A stretch of 64,000 bases of DNA from a virus, in the IMG/VR virus record IMGVR_UViG_2630968591_000003, positions 870-64,869 of that record. One strand, 5' to 3'. The stretch's first letter is position 1, and the number at the start of each line of letters is the position of its first letter. A model generated the notes under the pieces. The model did no database searches. It had not been told where the DNA came from and saw nothing but the letters and a program-made list of their open reading frames with translations. This document shows positions 8,000 to 16,643 of this stretch, one piece after another. Made by a program: the position numbers and the translations under genes.

Positions 8000-9661
8000 T
8001 TAGGCGGCTTGCTGGCGGAGCATCGCTTGCTCGCCTGAAACCGCTTCGATATGCCGAATCAGAGCAGCGCAAATCTGCGGGAAGATTTCTTCGTGATAGA
8101 GCTTTGCTGCCTTGCCCGTGGCGGCATGCACAAAGCCGAGACTTGCCAAGCCATCGGCGGTCAAGGAAATGGGCGCCAGGCGCTCATTGATCTGTCCGAG
8201 GCGCAGTGTGGGCGCGGCATCGGAAGTGATCCGAGCAGGGGCGGTCCACGGGGCGAATTGCTCTTGCTTCGCCGAAATCGGCGCGGGCGATGTAGTCACC
8301 GGCGCCGGTATCTTGGCTTCAGCTTTCTCCTGCTCTTCCTTGCGGATCCGTTCGCGCTCTGCTTCGATCCGTTTTTCCTCTGCAGCCTTGTGATCCGAAA
8401 TCCGCGTCCGGATTACCAACTGAAGGTCTTCAATCGGCTTTCCAACCAGAGCCAGCTTGTCGGCAAACAGGAACTCATAGCCGACCGACTCATCCTTGAT
8501 ACAAGCAAGACTCGTCCGGATTCGCTTTGCGGACGCGTCAGCCTCAATCTTGGCGTTTGCGAGAACCGTGTTCGCCGCGTCCTGGATGCTAGCCACGGTG
8601 CGTTTTCCCTTCGCCGCACCCGCGAAGTCCGGTGCCGTCAGCACGATCCAAGGACCGCCGGTCTCTTCCTTCAGGCCGGCGATGTGCTGCTCATACATCG
8701 CCTTTGCCTTCAGGATGATGCCTTCCTTGATTTCGACTTTCCGGCGGCTGACCAGCTTGTCGAGCTCGAGACGAACGGCTCGCGCCTCGCTACTGATTGC
8801 GTCGATGGTCTTGAACAACTCATCGATGCTTTGCGTCTGGCTCAGCGCATGCTCTTTCGCCGCTTCAAGGCGCGATTCAACCTCGCCGCACCATTTGACC
8901 GTCTTTTCCGCGTCGGCGAAGTGTTGATCGGTGACCAACTCCCGGTTGATGCCTGCGAACACGGCGAGGGCGTGGTCCCTGAATTCGATCAAGTTGCTCG
9001 CCGTGACTTTGCCGGTCACCTCGACTCGGAGCGCGGGCAGCGTTTCGGGCGTGCGGCCGATCGGCTTGACTTCGACGGCTTCCGGTACATAGGCGGCGAG
9101 ATCCTTCTTGAACTGTGCCCACCCGGCACGAATCCGTTCGTGCCATGCCGGATCCGGAAAGACCTCCATGTATTCCATGTTCTCCCGCGTGCCATCCGAC
9201 ACGGTGAAGATCACTTTCTTTGCGCCCGTCACCATCATGACCTGCTGGCACTGCGGCTGGTGCTCCTCCGGGAGAATCTTGTTGCGCACCGATTCGGCGA
9301 GCGCGGCGTTGTGTTGCTTGTGCTCAAACGCCAGTTCCTCCGACATCGTCAAGCCGTCACAGGACGCCGACAGATCGCCATCCGAACAGGTCACCGGATA
9401 CAGATCTTCGCCGATCAGATCTTCGATGATCGGACGGGCCAATGCTTCGACTTCGTGCCCGTAGTCGAGGATGTTCTTTTGGACCCAATCGCTAAATTCC
9501 TTCGCGGTACCGGTATGCTTCATATGAAGCAGCTCGGTGCGCTTAACCTTGGACGACAGGCCGAGCATCGCTGCGGCCTCGCTGGCGCCAAAGTGATGCA
9601 GGCGGAAGTTCGCCCATTCGTCCGTGCCTTGGACGAGGTTGTGAATAGTGCGGTCAGTCAT
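8000..9661 (-). CDS. YqaJ-like viral recombinase exonuclease with long coiled-coil C-terminus
   Basis: FGASEAAAMLG, GHEVEALAR, LSASCDGL, FEHK, QCQQVM (lambda-exonuclease-type motifs). Confidence 0.9.
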   Translation of the reverse strand: MTDRTIHNLVQGTDEWANFRLHHFGASEAAAMLGLSSKVKRTELLHMKHTGTAKEFSDWVQKNILDYGHEVEALARPIIEDLIGEDLYPVTCSDGDLSASCDGLTMSEELAFEHKQHNAALAESVRNKILPEEHQPQCQQVMMVTGAKKVIFTVSDGTRENMEYMEVFPDPAWHERIRAGWAQFKKDLAAYVPEAVEVKPIGRTPETLPALRVEVTGKVTASNLIEFRDHALAVFAGINRELVTDQHFADAEKTVKWCGEVESRLEAAKEHALSQTQSIDELFKTIDAISSEARAVRLELDKLVSRRKVEIKEGIILKAKAMYEQHIAGLKEETGGPWIVLTAPDFAGAAKGKRTVASIQDAANTVLANAKIEADASAKRIRTSLACIKDESVGYEFLFADKLALVGKPIEDLQLVIRTRISDHKAAEEKRIEAERERIRKEEQEKAEAKIPAPVTTSPAPISAKQEQFAPWTAPARITSDAAPTLRLGQINERLAPISLTADGLASLGFVHAATGKAAKLYHEEIFPQICAALIRHIEAVSGEQAMLRQQAA

Positions 9662-10697
9662 TCTCGTGGCTCCAGGCATCGATGGTCATCTTCTGGTCTT
9701 CGGAAAGGCGCGTCTTCGTCTCGATCATCTTGACCAGATCGTCCACCGTCTTTTTCTTCTCGACGATCAGCTTTCGCCATTCCGGTGTCTTGGCCTGGAA
9801 TTGCTCGTCGGAACAAGCAGGAATCTGCTTTCCGCTCTCCGGCTCAGCGCCAGCGGTCTGCTCTGCCTTGTTCTCCATGACCGATTTCCAGGTGGCTTCA
9901 CCATCCTTGATCGCTCCGTAGATGCCCCGCAGATCGACGAGCTCAGTAGGTGAGCATGCGTCGAGCGAGTGGCCGAGGTAGCGCGTCAGATCCTCCGCCT
10001 TCACCCCAATCTCGCCAAACGCGTCGGCGATCTTCTTGCGCTCGGCGGCCGGATCGCGTGCCGCTTCGTCCATGCGGACCGACTTGATGATGTCTTCTGC
10101 CTCGTCCTGCAGATCGCCGGGTACGATGCGCAGGCCCAGCGTACGAATCGCCTTCGAGATCAGAGCGGCCCGCTTGTTCAGCAAGTCGTCATCGTTGGCC
10201 GTGACCGTGTACGTCATCTTTCCGTAGCTGTTCTTGCGGACTGAAATGTACGAACCGTCATCCATCGGCTTGGAGCGCTCGACGGTCTTGGACACGCGCA
10301 CGTCGAGCGGATAGGTCACGTTCGATTCCAGATCCGTCACGGCGACGCGGTGCACCTCCTTGGCGTCATCCTCGAAGATCATGGATGTCTCGATCAGCAC
10401 GTTGGTCATGCAGCGGAGCGCCACCTCGACGAACCGAATTCCGAGGCCCTCGACGCCCTGCCCGATCGGCTTGCGGTAGTACGCGCTTTTGTTGTGCGCG
10501 AACGACGGGCGCCGACACTCGCGGATGATGTCCTGACGGACCTGATCCCAATTCCGCGGACGTTGCATTGCCATGATGTAGCGGGCTTCGACCATCGCTT
10601 TCGCTTGTGCGGCAACTGCGGTCGAAGCGGTTTCGACGAGCGCCGTCGTCGTCTGATGCGCGCCGAATTCTTGGCGCACGGAAAGTGCTGTGCTCAC
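9654..10697 (-). CDS. Putative single-strand annealing/recombination partner of the YqaJ exonuclease
   Basis: 347 aa, immediately upstream of and overlapping the exonuclease; not recognisably RecT, Erf or Sak4. Confidence 0.5.
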   Translation of the reverse strand: MSTALSVRQEFGAHQTTTALVETASTAVAAQAKAMVEARYIMAMQRPRNWDQVRQDIIRECRRPSFAHNKSAYYRKPIGQGVEGLGIRFVEVALRCMTNVLIETSMIFEDDAKEVHRVAVTDLESNVTYPLDVRVSKTVERSKPMDDGSYISVRKNSYGKMTYTVTANDDDLLNKRAALISKAIRTLGLRIVPGDLQDEAEDIIKSVRMDEAARDPAAERKKIADAFGEIGVKAEDLTRYLGHSLDACSPTELVDLRGIYGAIKDGEATWKSVMENKAEQTAGAEPESGKQIPACSDEQFQAKTPEWRKLIVEKKKTVDDLVKMIETKTRLSEDQKMTIDAWSHEND

Positions 10698-10987
10698 ACA
10701 ACCTCCGAAGGTTTGTTCTCAATCGCCAAAAGCGACTGAATCTGTCCGTTTATTTCCGTGACCCGAGCGGTGAACGCTGCACGGAGCTTTTCCTTCTCCC
10801 GCTCGAGATTCGCCACCAGGCCGGGGCGAAGGTCGAAGTCGTCCGGAATCTCGACCGTGAATTCGTGATCGCAGACCTTGACCGTGTGTTCATCGGAGGC
10901 GTCGAAGCTGTAGAAGGTGTAGCTAGGCGCCCTCTCCCACCGGTGTTGCAGGGCGAATATCGCGCCCTTGATCGTTATCGTTGCCAT
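10694..10987 (-). CDS. Phage hypothetical protein
   Basis: 97-aa ORF, coupled overlap. Confidence 0.65.
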   Translation of the reverse strand: MATITIKGAIFALQHRWERAPSYTFYSFDASDEHTVKVCDHEFTVEIPDDFDLRPGLVANLEREKEKLRAAFTARVTEINGQIQSLLAIENKPSEVV

Positions 10988-11002
10988 CCCCTACCCCTTG
11001 GC

Positions 11003-11230
11003 TTAAGCCACGTTCACGTACGCAAAGTGCCGTGCGATATGTGGTGCTATATGCGCCGTTCCGATCGCCATCGGCTTGAGGCCGAGCCGTGCGTTGCGCT
11101 CTCTTTTCTCGGCCAACTGGGCGTCATTCATCGCAGCCAGATGACGCATCTGCGCTTCCATGCGCTCCGCTTGAGTAAGACGAACGGTTGTCGTCACCAG
11201 GCGAAGGTCAACCATTTGTAGGATGGACAT
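11003..11230 (-). CDS. Phage hypothetical protein
   Basis: 75-aa ORF. Confidence 0.55.
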   Translation of the reverse strand: MSILQMVDLRLVTTTVRLTQAERMEAQMRHLAAMNDAQLAEKRERNARLGLKPMAIGTAHIAPHIARHFAYVNVA

Positions 11231-11231
11231 T

Positions 11232-11426
11232 TCAGATTCCCAGAATTTGCTTGATAACCAGTGCGCCGAACGTCCCGACGAGCCCCAATGAAGCGCCGAT
11301 CAGAACTGCCGTATGCACGCTGATGACGCGGTCGATGCGGCTCTCTTGCTCCAACTTCCGGCGGCCGGCGGCGCTGATGTTGACGATCACACCGGCGCGG
11401 TCATCGACGATTTCCCATGCGGTCAT
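11232..11426 (-). CDS. Small membrane protein
   Basis: MTAWEIVDD...; C-terminal hydrophobic helix AVLIGASLGLVGTFGALVI. Confidence 0.55.
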   Translation of the reverse strand: MTAWEIVDDRAGVIVNISAAGRRKLEQESRIDRVISVHTAVLIGASLGLVGTFGALVIKQILGI

Positions 11427-11794
11427 TTCGGCTCCTTCACTGCCTGTTCGTTGGCGGCTGTGCACGCTGCTTCAGGGGTATCTCCTTGCCCGCGTGCCAA
11501 CACCTTGCGATTCCGGTCGTCGTCACGATGGTTAGAGCAAATCCACGCCATCCAGCCGGTTCGCCGCGTGTATGCCAGTTCGAAATATGCGTAGTCGTTC
11601 TTTTCCAACTCTTCGGCATGACGCGCTACCAGTTGGCGGATAGCATCACGCCGGGCGCACTCGGCTTGCTCACCGTGGGCGGCGATGTGCTCGATTAGCG
11701 ACAACTGATCGCGCTTCCAATCGTTCTCGTCGTGCACGTAGCCAAACCGCTCGCACAGAAGCCGATGGAAATTCTTGAAGTCTTGCTCACTCAT
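11423..11794 (-). CDS. Modular phage early protein
   Basis: 123 aa; EQAECA and ANEQAV connectors. Confidence 0.65.
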   Translation of the reverse strand: MSEQDFKNFHRLLCERFGYVHDENDWKRDQLSLIEHIAAHGEQAECARRDAIRQLVARHAEELEKNDYAYFELAYTRRTGWMAWICSNHRDDDRNRKVLARGQGDTPEAACTAANEQAVKEPK

Positions 11795-12417
11795 TTCCCG
11801 CTCCGTGCCTGTTCGATGGCGCGCTCCACGTACCGAAGCGCTGCTTTCCAGCCTTGACGCGCGGCGTGCGTCCTTTCATTCAGGAACAGCCAGTGCAGCG
11901 GGTGCTGCGACATGTCGTAATTCGCCTCTTGCGCCCACGCTTCAAACTCGTTCTGCTCCTTTCCGTCGCACACGATAGGGATCGCACGCGGTGCGCATTC
12001 GGCTTGCGGGGCAGTGAAACAATCCTCTGTCGCGAAGAACCCCCCGCCGTATTGAGGGTGGTGAAACTCCACTAGGTCGCCCATGTTGACCATGCGAATT
12101 TCACTCGCCACCGCCTCACTCTTGCCGATGGCTTTCGGTCTGGCGTATAGCTTTGTCCCAATGGGAAGCTTCTTAAGCACTTCCTCTTGAATCACAAGGT
12201 CGCGCTCTGCGAATGCATCAGGGTCGCCATACTTATTGACGACCTCCGCCACCGCCTCACCATTGCCGCCCACCGACGCCATAGCGGCGCGAGCAATGTG
12301 CAGCGCCATGTCGACCGTCACGGGATCTCCCCAACCGGCCTCGTCTGGCATCACTGAACAGGCGAAGTCAAAGTCTTTCCGGCGCTGTTCCCGCTCCGCC
12401 GCATCTACCGTCGTCAT
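11791..12417 (-). CDS. Modular phage early protein
   Basis: 208 aa; GNGEAV, GKSEAV, TAPQAECAPRA and AIEQA connectors. Confidence 0.7.
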   Translation of the reverse strand: MTTVDAAEREQRRKDFDFACSVMPDEAGWGDPVTVDMALHIARAAMASVGGNGEAVAEVVNKYGDPDAFAERDLVIQEEVLKKLPIGTKLYARPKAIGKSEAVASEIRMVNMGDLVEFHHPQYGGGFFATEDCFTAPQAECAPRAIPIVCDGKEQNEFEAWAQEANYDMSQHPLHWLFLNERTHAARQGWKAALRYVERAIEQARSGK

Positions 12418-12605
12418 ACATTCCCCCGTTGCACTCGCGGCATCGTGTCCGCGTCGAGCTTTTCATATCGGTCATCGTCCCAAGACGCTGCTCGCTCGGC
12501 CTCAGTCAGCGGCGGCTCACTATCTCCCATCGCTTCGTCTAGGTCGCGGTCTAGCCAGCGGTCGTATGCGTTCCAAATCGCTTTGTTGTTGTTGGACTTA
12601 CTCAT
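12414..12605 (-). CDS. Small acidic hypothetical protein
   Basis: MSKSNNNKAIW...; GAGG RBS. Confidence 0.5.
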   Translation of the reverse strand: MSKSNNNKAIWNAYDRWLDRDLDEAMGDSEPPLTEAERAASWDDDRYEKLDADTMPRVQRGNV

Positions 12606-12807
12606 AGCAGTCCTCAATTCGTTAAATAGTGACTCGCCATCATGGCAAGGACCGGCAGCCTGTCATGTCTGCCAGTTTTCAAGCGCTTCTCAGATCAACG
12701 GCTTACTTATACTGCCTTCACCCGTTTTAGCTCCACGCTACCTTGCCATCATGGTCCGGGCATCGCACCCGGAAGGCACTTCGGTGAGCCGTGCTGGCAG
12801 GGGGGAT

Positions 12808-13059
12808 TTAAACCTTCAGCGCAACGAGGTTGATCAGGTCTTGCACCGTCTGGACCTTCTCGGCGGCCTCGTTATCGTCCAGCTCGATGCCGAACTCGTC
12901 TTCCGCATTCATGATCAATTCAAGGAAGTCGAGCGAATCGGCGCCAAGGTCTTTGACGATGTGCATATCGCCCTTGAGGTCCGACAGATTGATGCCTAAC
13001 TGGTCGCTGATAACGTCCTTGACCCGCTCTTCGACGCCGTTGATAAGAAATTCGCTCAT
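12808..13059 (-). CDS. acpP: Acyl carrier protein homologue
   Basis: VEERVKDVISDQLG...DLGADSLDFLELIMNAEDEFGIEL...AEKVQTVQD; intact DSL phosphopantetheine serine; GAGG RBS. Confidence 0.93.
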   Translation of the reverse strand: MSEFLINGVEERVKDVISDQLGINLSDLKGDMHIVKDLGADSLDFLELIMNAEDEFGIELDDNEAAEKVQTVQDLINLVALKV

Positions 13060-13083
13060 GTTTTCCTCGTTGTTAAAACCGCT

Positions 13084-13182
13084 CTACCGCCGGGCGGCGC
13101 CTTGGATGAACGCCACGGCCATCAATACCAGCGTGATCCAAGCGCCAAGGCCGGCGTAGAAATAGGTCATGTTCAAGTTCAT
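13084..13182 (-). CDS. Small membrane peptide
   Basis: MNLNMTYFYAGLGAWITLVLMAVAFIQGAARR, read manually; ATGA overlap with upstream ORF. Confidence 0.45.
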   Translation of the reverse strand: MNLNMTYFYAGLGAWITLVLMAVAFIQGAARR

Positions 13183-13328
13183 TTCAGGCCCTCGATCGGT
13201 TCAAACAGCTTCGCCAGGAAGCGCTCATACGCGGTCTCGTCGACCTCGTTCTGCTTTCGCTGCTGTTCGGTCAGCCATCCCTGCGTGATCTCGACCCAGT
13301 AATCCAGAGCATTCTTCTCAAAGCCCAT
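13179..13328 (-). CDS. Small hypothetical protein
   Basis: MGFEKNALDYWVEITQG..., 49 aa, GAGGA RBS. Confidence 0.5.
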   Translation of the reverse strand: MGFEKNALDYWVEITQGWLTEQQRKQNEVDETAYERFLAKLFEPIEGLK

Positions 13329-13629
13329 ATTTCCTCCTCAGCACCAAACCACGTCACGACTGATATCCACGCTTCGCACAAGACGCGAATTGCGGTATTC
13401 GTCGTAATGCGCCGCGAAGCGCAGGATATAAGTCGATACGCGCGCACAGGTACGCGCGCCGAAGTCCTGATAGAACGCCATTCTTACCCCCCTCAAACGG
13501 ATCATGATGATGAGCCCGATTACCGCCTCGGCTACGCAGCCGATCAAAGCTAGAATGACCACGTTGGCCTCTTAGTAGTGCGAAGGGCGTCGGACAAGGC
13601 GACGCGGTTGATATCGTTTGGTTGCAGCG

Positions 13630-13754
13630 TTTCGTGAATGGCGCTATGGGCCGGCCTGTGTTTCCGGTCTGCTACGGGTTCACCTCAAAGGGTTTCCACC
13701 TGCCAGCGCACGTCGCAAGGGCCCGACGAGCCCCGCACAGCGCCATTCACGAAA
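13630..13754 (-). other. 16-bp perfect inverted repeat enclosing a structured segment of the pL leader
   Basis: tttcgtgaatggcgct (13630-13645) / agcgccattcacgaaa (13739-13754). Confidence 0.7.
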
Positions 13755-14029
13755 AACTGCTACACGCGCGGCGCTAGCTACTCCCGGCCTAGCCGGCTCC
13801 AGCTGCCGCGTGGTTTCCTACTCAATCCCTCAAGTGTTCTATAGCGCCATCTGGGAGCCAGGCACTTGAGAGATAGGCCCCGATCTTTTCAGCGGTAGGG
13901 CGTTGAGCGCTCCCTTGCGGGTATCTCTTCTATCAGGGTTAAAGATCAAACCGCGGTCCAGCTCTGCCGGGGCGGGTGCTGCGTCCCTTGCGGGTTGCGC
14001 CGTTTGGCGCGGTGTTTCGGTGTAAATGA

Positions 14030-14070
14030 ACGATAGCAAACGCTCGCGTATAACGCAAGCAAAAGCTATC
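14030..14070 (-). promoter_or_regulatory. pL promoter and oL operator
   Basis: Minus strand TTGCGT-17-TATCGT with TG extension; GCAAAAGCTATC at 14059-14070 also occurs at 16579-16590 in oR. Confidence 0.7.
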
Positions 14071-14158
14071 GCTCATATGCGAAATTTTTTTATCGCTGTG
14101 TTGTGGCAACGCAAACGTCGTGCATCACCTAGACTGAGTCGGTGAACAGGAGACGACC

Positions 14159-14359
14159 ATGTCGCCAGCTGATGTGCTGACTATCTTCGAGCGCCTTAAT
14201 ACTGAGGGCCGCGCGGACGTTCCGTTGGATGAGGCATGCGCTGGTTTTGCCGGCTGGCTCGCAGAGAGGTGGGAGGAGTTCGAGGGCGACGACTTGACGA
14301 TGTTGACGTCTGTTGGTGCCACGCTATGGCGCGAAGGATTTGCGCAGCGCCAGAAATAG
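14159..14359 (+). CDS. Small hypothetical protein (moron-like)
   Basis: 66 aa with AGGAG RBS; converges on the DUF1828 gene. Confidence 0.65.
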   Translation: MSPADVLTIFERLNTEGRADVPLDEACAGFAGWLAERWEEFEGDDLTMLTSVGATLWREGFAQRQK

Positions 14360-14380
14360 AAAACCCCGCTCGGGGCGGGG
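14360..14380 (-). terminator. Intrinsic terminator ending the cI-side transcript
   Basis: Minus strand ccccgc-cccga-gcgggg-tttt. Confidence 0.55.
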
Positions 14381-14402
14381 CGGCGTCACGCGGGGTCTCG
14401 GC

Positions 14403-15164
14403 TCAGCTCATGATGGAAGACGGCGGCGCTACTTGGCCCTGAAGACTCGATAGCATCCAGACATCGGCGAAACGGCTCAGAATGAGTGCCTCCTGCTGGG
14501 CGCGCTTCGAATCCTCTCGATCGTCAATGATGACCCTTATATCCGCAGCCGCGTTGGACGGAATCCCTCTCACATCGGCAAGCTTTCTGACCTCTGCAGC
14601 CGTCGACTGCGGTTTTGACGACACTACGTCTATCAACTCACCGTCCAGCAAGAAGTGGAAGTCGTGCGAACGGCCGGAGATGCCTGTCATGGGCTGATCG
14701 CGCAGCAGATCCAACTTTGGCTTCCATTGTCTGAGGTAGAACTCGACTTCGTTTGCCAGCGTTGTTGCGTCCGTCGTCATGCCGGCATTTTCGGCTTCCC
14801 ATCCCGCGATCTCCAGAATAGCGGTTACGACGTTGCGAAATGCGTCTTGAGCGTTGGACGCCATTGCAACCGCGGAAATCTCACCATCGTCCGACAGTTC
14901 CGCGCCCGCTTCCCTTGCTAGACGACGCAACGGGGACAGCGAGCGATTGTCGCGGAACTTAATTCCTGAGCCGGCGATGTGGAACATCGTATCGCCGCCG
15001 TCGAAAAAACGGATCGTCTTCCCCGCCTCTTCCGCGAACACGTGTATCCCATCCCCGTCGAAGTACTCAAAAGGCGTCGAGATGCAATGCACGACGTCGC
15101 CGCCTGGCTGCTGCAGGGGGCGGCACTTGAACCCGATCGTCGTGAAAAGTTGGGCGCAGTTCAT
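14403..15164 (-). CDS. DUF1828 domain protein with DUF1829-like C-terminus
   Basis: ISTPFEYFDGDGIHVF...FFDGGDTMFHI; C-terminal ISGRSHDFHF...IDVV..K. Confidence 0.7.
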   Translation of the reverse strand: MNCAQLFTTIGFKCRPLQQPGGDVVHCISTPFEYFDGDGIHVFAEEAGKTIRFFDGGDTMFHIAGSGIKFRDNRSLSPLRRLAREAGAELSDDGEISAVAMASNAQDAFRNVVTAILEIAGWEAENAGMTTDATTLANEVEFYLRQWKPKLDLLRDQPMTGISGRSHDFHFLLDGELIDVVSSKPQSTAAEVRKLADVRGIPSNAAADIRVIIDDREDSKRAQQEALILSRFADVWMLSSLQGQVAPPSSIMS

Positions 15165-15167
15165 TGT

Positions 15168-15632
15168 CTACCGAAGTTTGAATTCCAGAGGCGACTCGAT
15201 CACCTCGTCAAACTGAATGTTAACCGCATTGCAAAAATGCTCAAGTGCTTCTTCGAATGTTTGCGGGAACGCTGAGGATCCAAAGCAAATCCGATCCGTT
15301 CCGATATGTTCGTGTGGCCAGTCATGGTCTTCCGGATCGCAAAGCGGAACGTTGCTTGTATCAAGCTGGTACGCCCGCTTCGGAGCCCCGAACTCTAACC
15401 GGAAGAGAGAAAATTTGAAGCTTTCCCTGAGTGGCCTGACGCTCCGTTTGCATATTAGTTCCACCGTCAGAGCCTTTTTATACAACCCTCCCGGCGTGAT
15501 GACGCCGGTGACGAGTGCCCAAGACTCGATCCGGCCGCTTGACAAGGCGATCCATGCTGCCTCTGGGGCTGACTTCTGGACAGCCAGAAGTTCATCGGCC
15601 TCCTTTCGAGGAAGATCTAAATGGTTCGCCAT
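15168..15632 (-). CDS. DUF6978-like protein, usual upstream partner of DUF1828
   Basis: EADELLAVQK...PHEH...FEEALEHFCNAVNI; 3 nt from partner. Confidence 0.5.
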   Translation of the reverse strand: MANHLDLPRKEADELLAVQKSAPEAAWIALSSGRIESWALVTGVITPGGLYKKALTVELICKRSVRPLRESFKFSLFRLEFGAPKRAYQLDTSNVPLCDPEDHDWPHEHIGTDRICFGSSAFPQTFEEALEHFCNAVNIQFDEVIESPLEFKLR

Positions 15633-15745
15633 CGAGTGCAGTTCGAAATCGACATGAAACAGTTCGCGAGGTTTCCGTGGAAGCTTTTAACTCCACTCGG
15701 GGACGGCACAGGGGCGAGAATGGACGGCGCAGGGCGACCTAACAT

Positions 15746-16540
15746 CTAGACGCTTCGGTACATCCCAGATCCGCGCGGCACGATCGCGCCGACTCGATGA
15801 ATGCTGAGCACAATGTTCAGCGGTCGGGTCATTGGCGGGACGCCATTGTTGATGGACCCAAGACAGATTTCATCGTCTCGGACCCATAGCAGCTCCTTGA
15901 CGACGGCGCTCCCGTCTGTGAACTTCACCACGACGTCGTCGCCTGGCAGCGCTTCGAGGCCCGGCTCGACAACTATATATTCACCGCTCTTGATTCTAGG
16001 GCGCATGCTATCCCCACGGACCCTTAATCCATATGCGGTCGGATCGGGCGAATAAATGTGGAGCCACCCGTGACCCTGGCCCGGCGGATAGTCGTCGATG
16101 CTTATGAAACCGTCCGGCCCTCCCTGCACTTCCCCGACCACAGCGATATCCCTCCCCGCCCTGAGGCTCAATGGCTCGCTAACGTTTGCTTCTGTTTCTG
16201 GCGAGACATTGATGCTAGGCCGATGGTCACCGGGCGAAGTCGTGATAAAGCCGGACTTTTGCTCTATATTCGGTAATTCAGTGGGTGCTGAAATATGCTT
16301 ACCAAGTAATTCTTCCTCAAGGCCGAGGTCGAAGTACAGCGGGGCCAGCTTCAGATCAGCCTCCAGCCTGCGCGCTACGCCTTCTCGGAAGCCCTTTCCG
16401 CTCCGATAGTTCGCGTTGAGGATCTGCCGCAACCGTACTGGATCTTGATTGTGCATGCGTGCGAACGCCGCAACATTTCCTCCCGCCTCTTTGTCGACGA
16501 GCTCTTTTAGCCTCTTCCGGCGATAAGCATCGATATCCAT
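15746..16540 (-). CDS. cI: CI-type repressor with S24 autopeptidase
   Basis: N-terminal HTH; VRGDSMRPRIKSGEYIVVEP and VVKEL (Ser-Lys dyad); divergent from cro. Confidence 0.92.
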   Translation of the reverse strand: MDIDAYRRKRLKELVDKEAGGNVAAFARMHNQDPVRLRQILNANYRSGKGFREGVARRLEADLKLAPLYFDLGLEEELLGKHISAPTELPNIEQKSGFITTSPGDHRPSINVSPETEANVSEPLSLRAGRDIAVVGEVQGGPDGFISIDDYPPGQGHGWLHIYSPDPTAYGLRVRGDSMRPRIKSGEYIVVEPGLEALPGDDVVVKFTDGSAVVKELLWVRDDEICLGSINNGVPPMTRPLNIVLSIHRVGAIVPRGSGMYRSV

Positions 16541-16557
16541 TTGCGCATTACACCCGA

Positions 16558-16636
16558 AAACTAGCATTTGCTGTGTTCGCAAAAGCTATCTTTTGACGAG
16601 CATCTGCTTGCTTTGTGCGAAAGCAAATGCTATCGT
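16558..16636. promoter_or_regulatory. oR region with pR and pRM
   Basis: Inverted repeat tagcatttgct (16562-72)/agcaaatgcta (16622-32); pR TTGCTT-17-TATCGT (16608-16636); pRM candidate TGcTAGTTT on minus strand. Confidence 0.7.
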
Positions 16637-16643
16637 ATACGCC

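Noticed and set aside
4381-12270. Short repeats as a CRISPR array or DGR TR/VR pair
   Set aside because: Repeats are dispersed, in-frame and irregularly spaced; no cas or reverse transcriptase gene; mismatches are not adenine-specific
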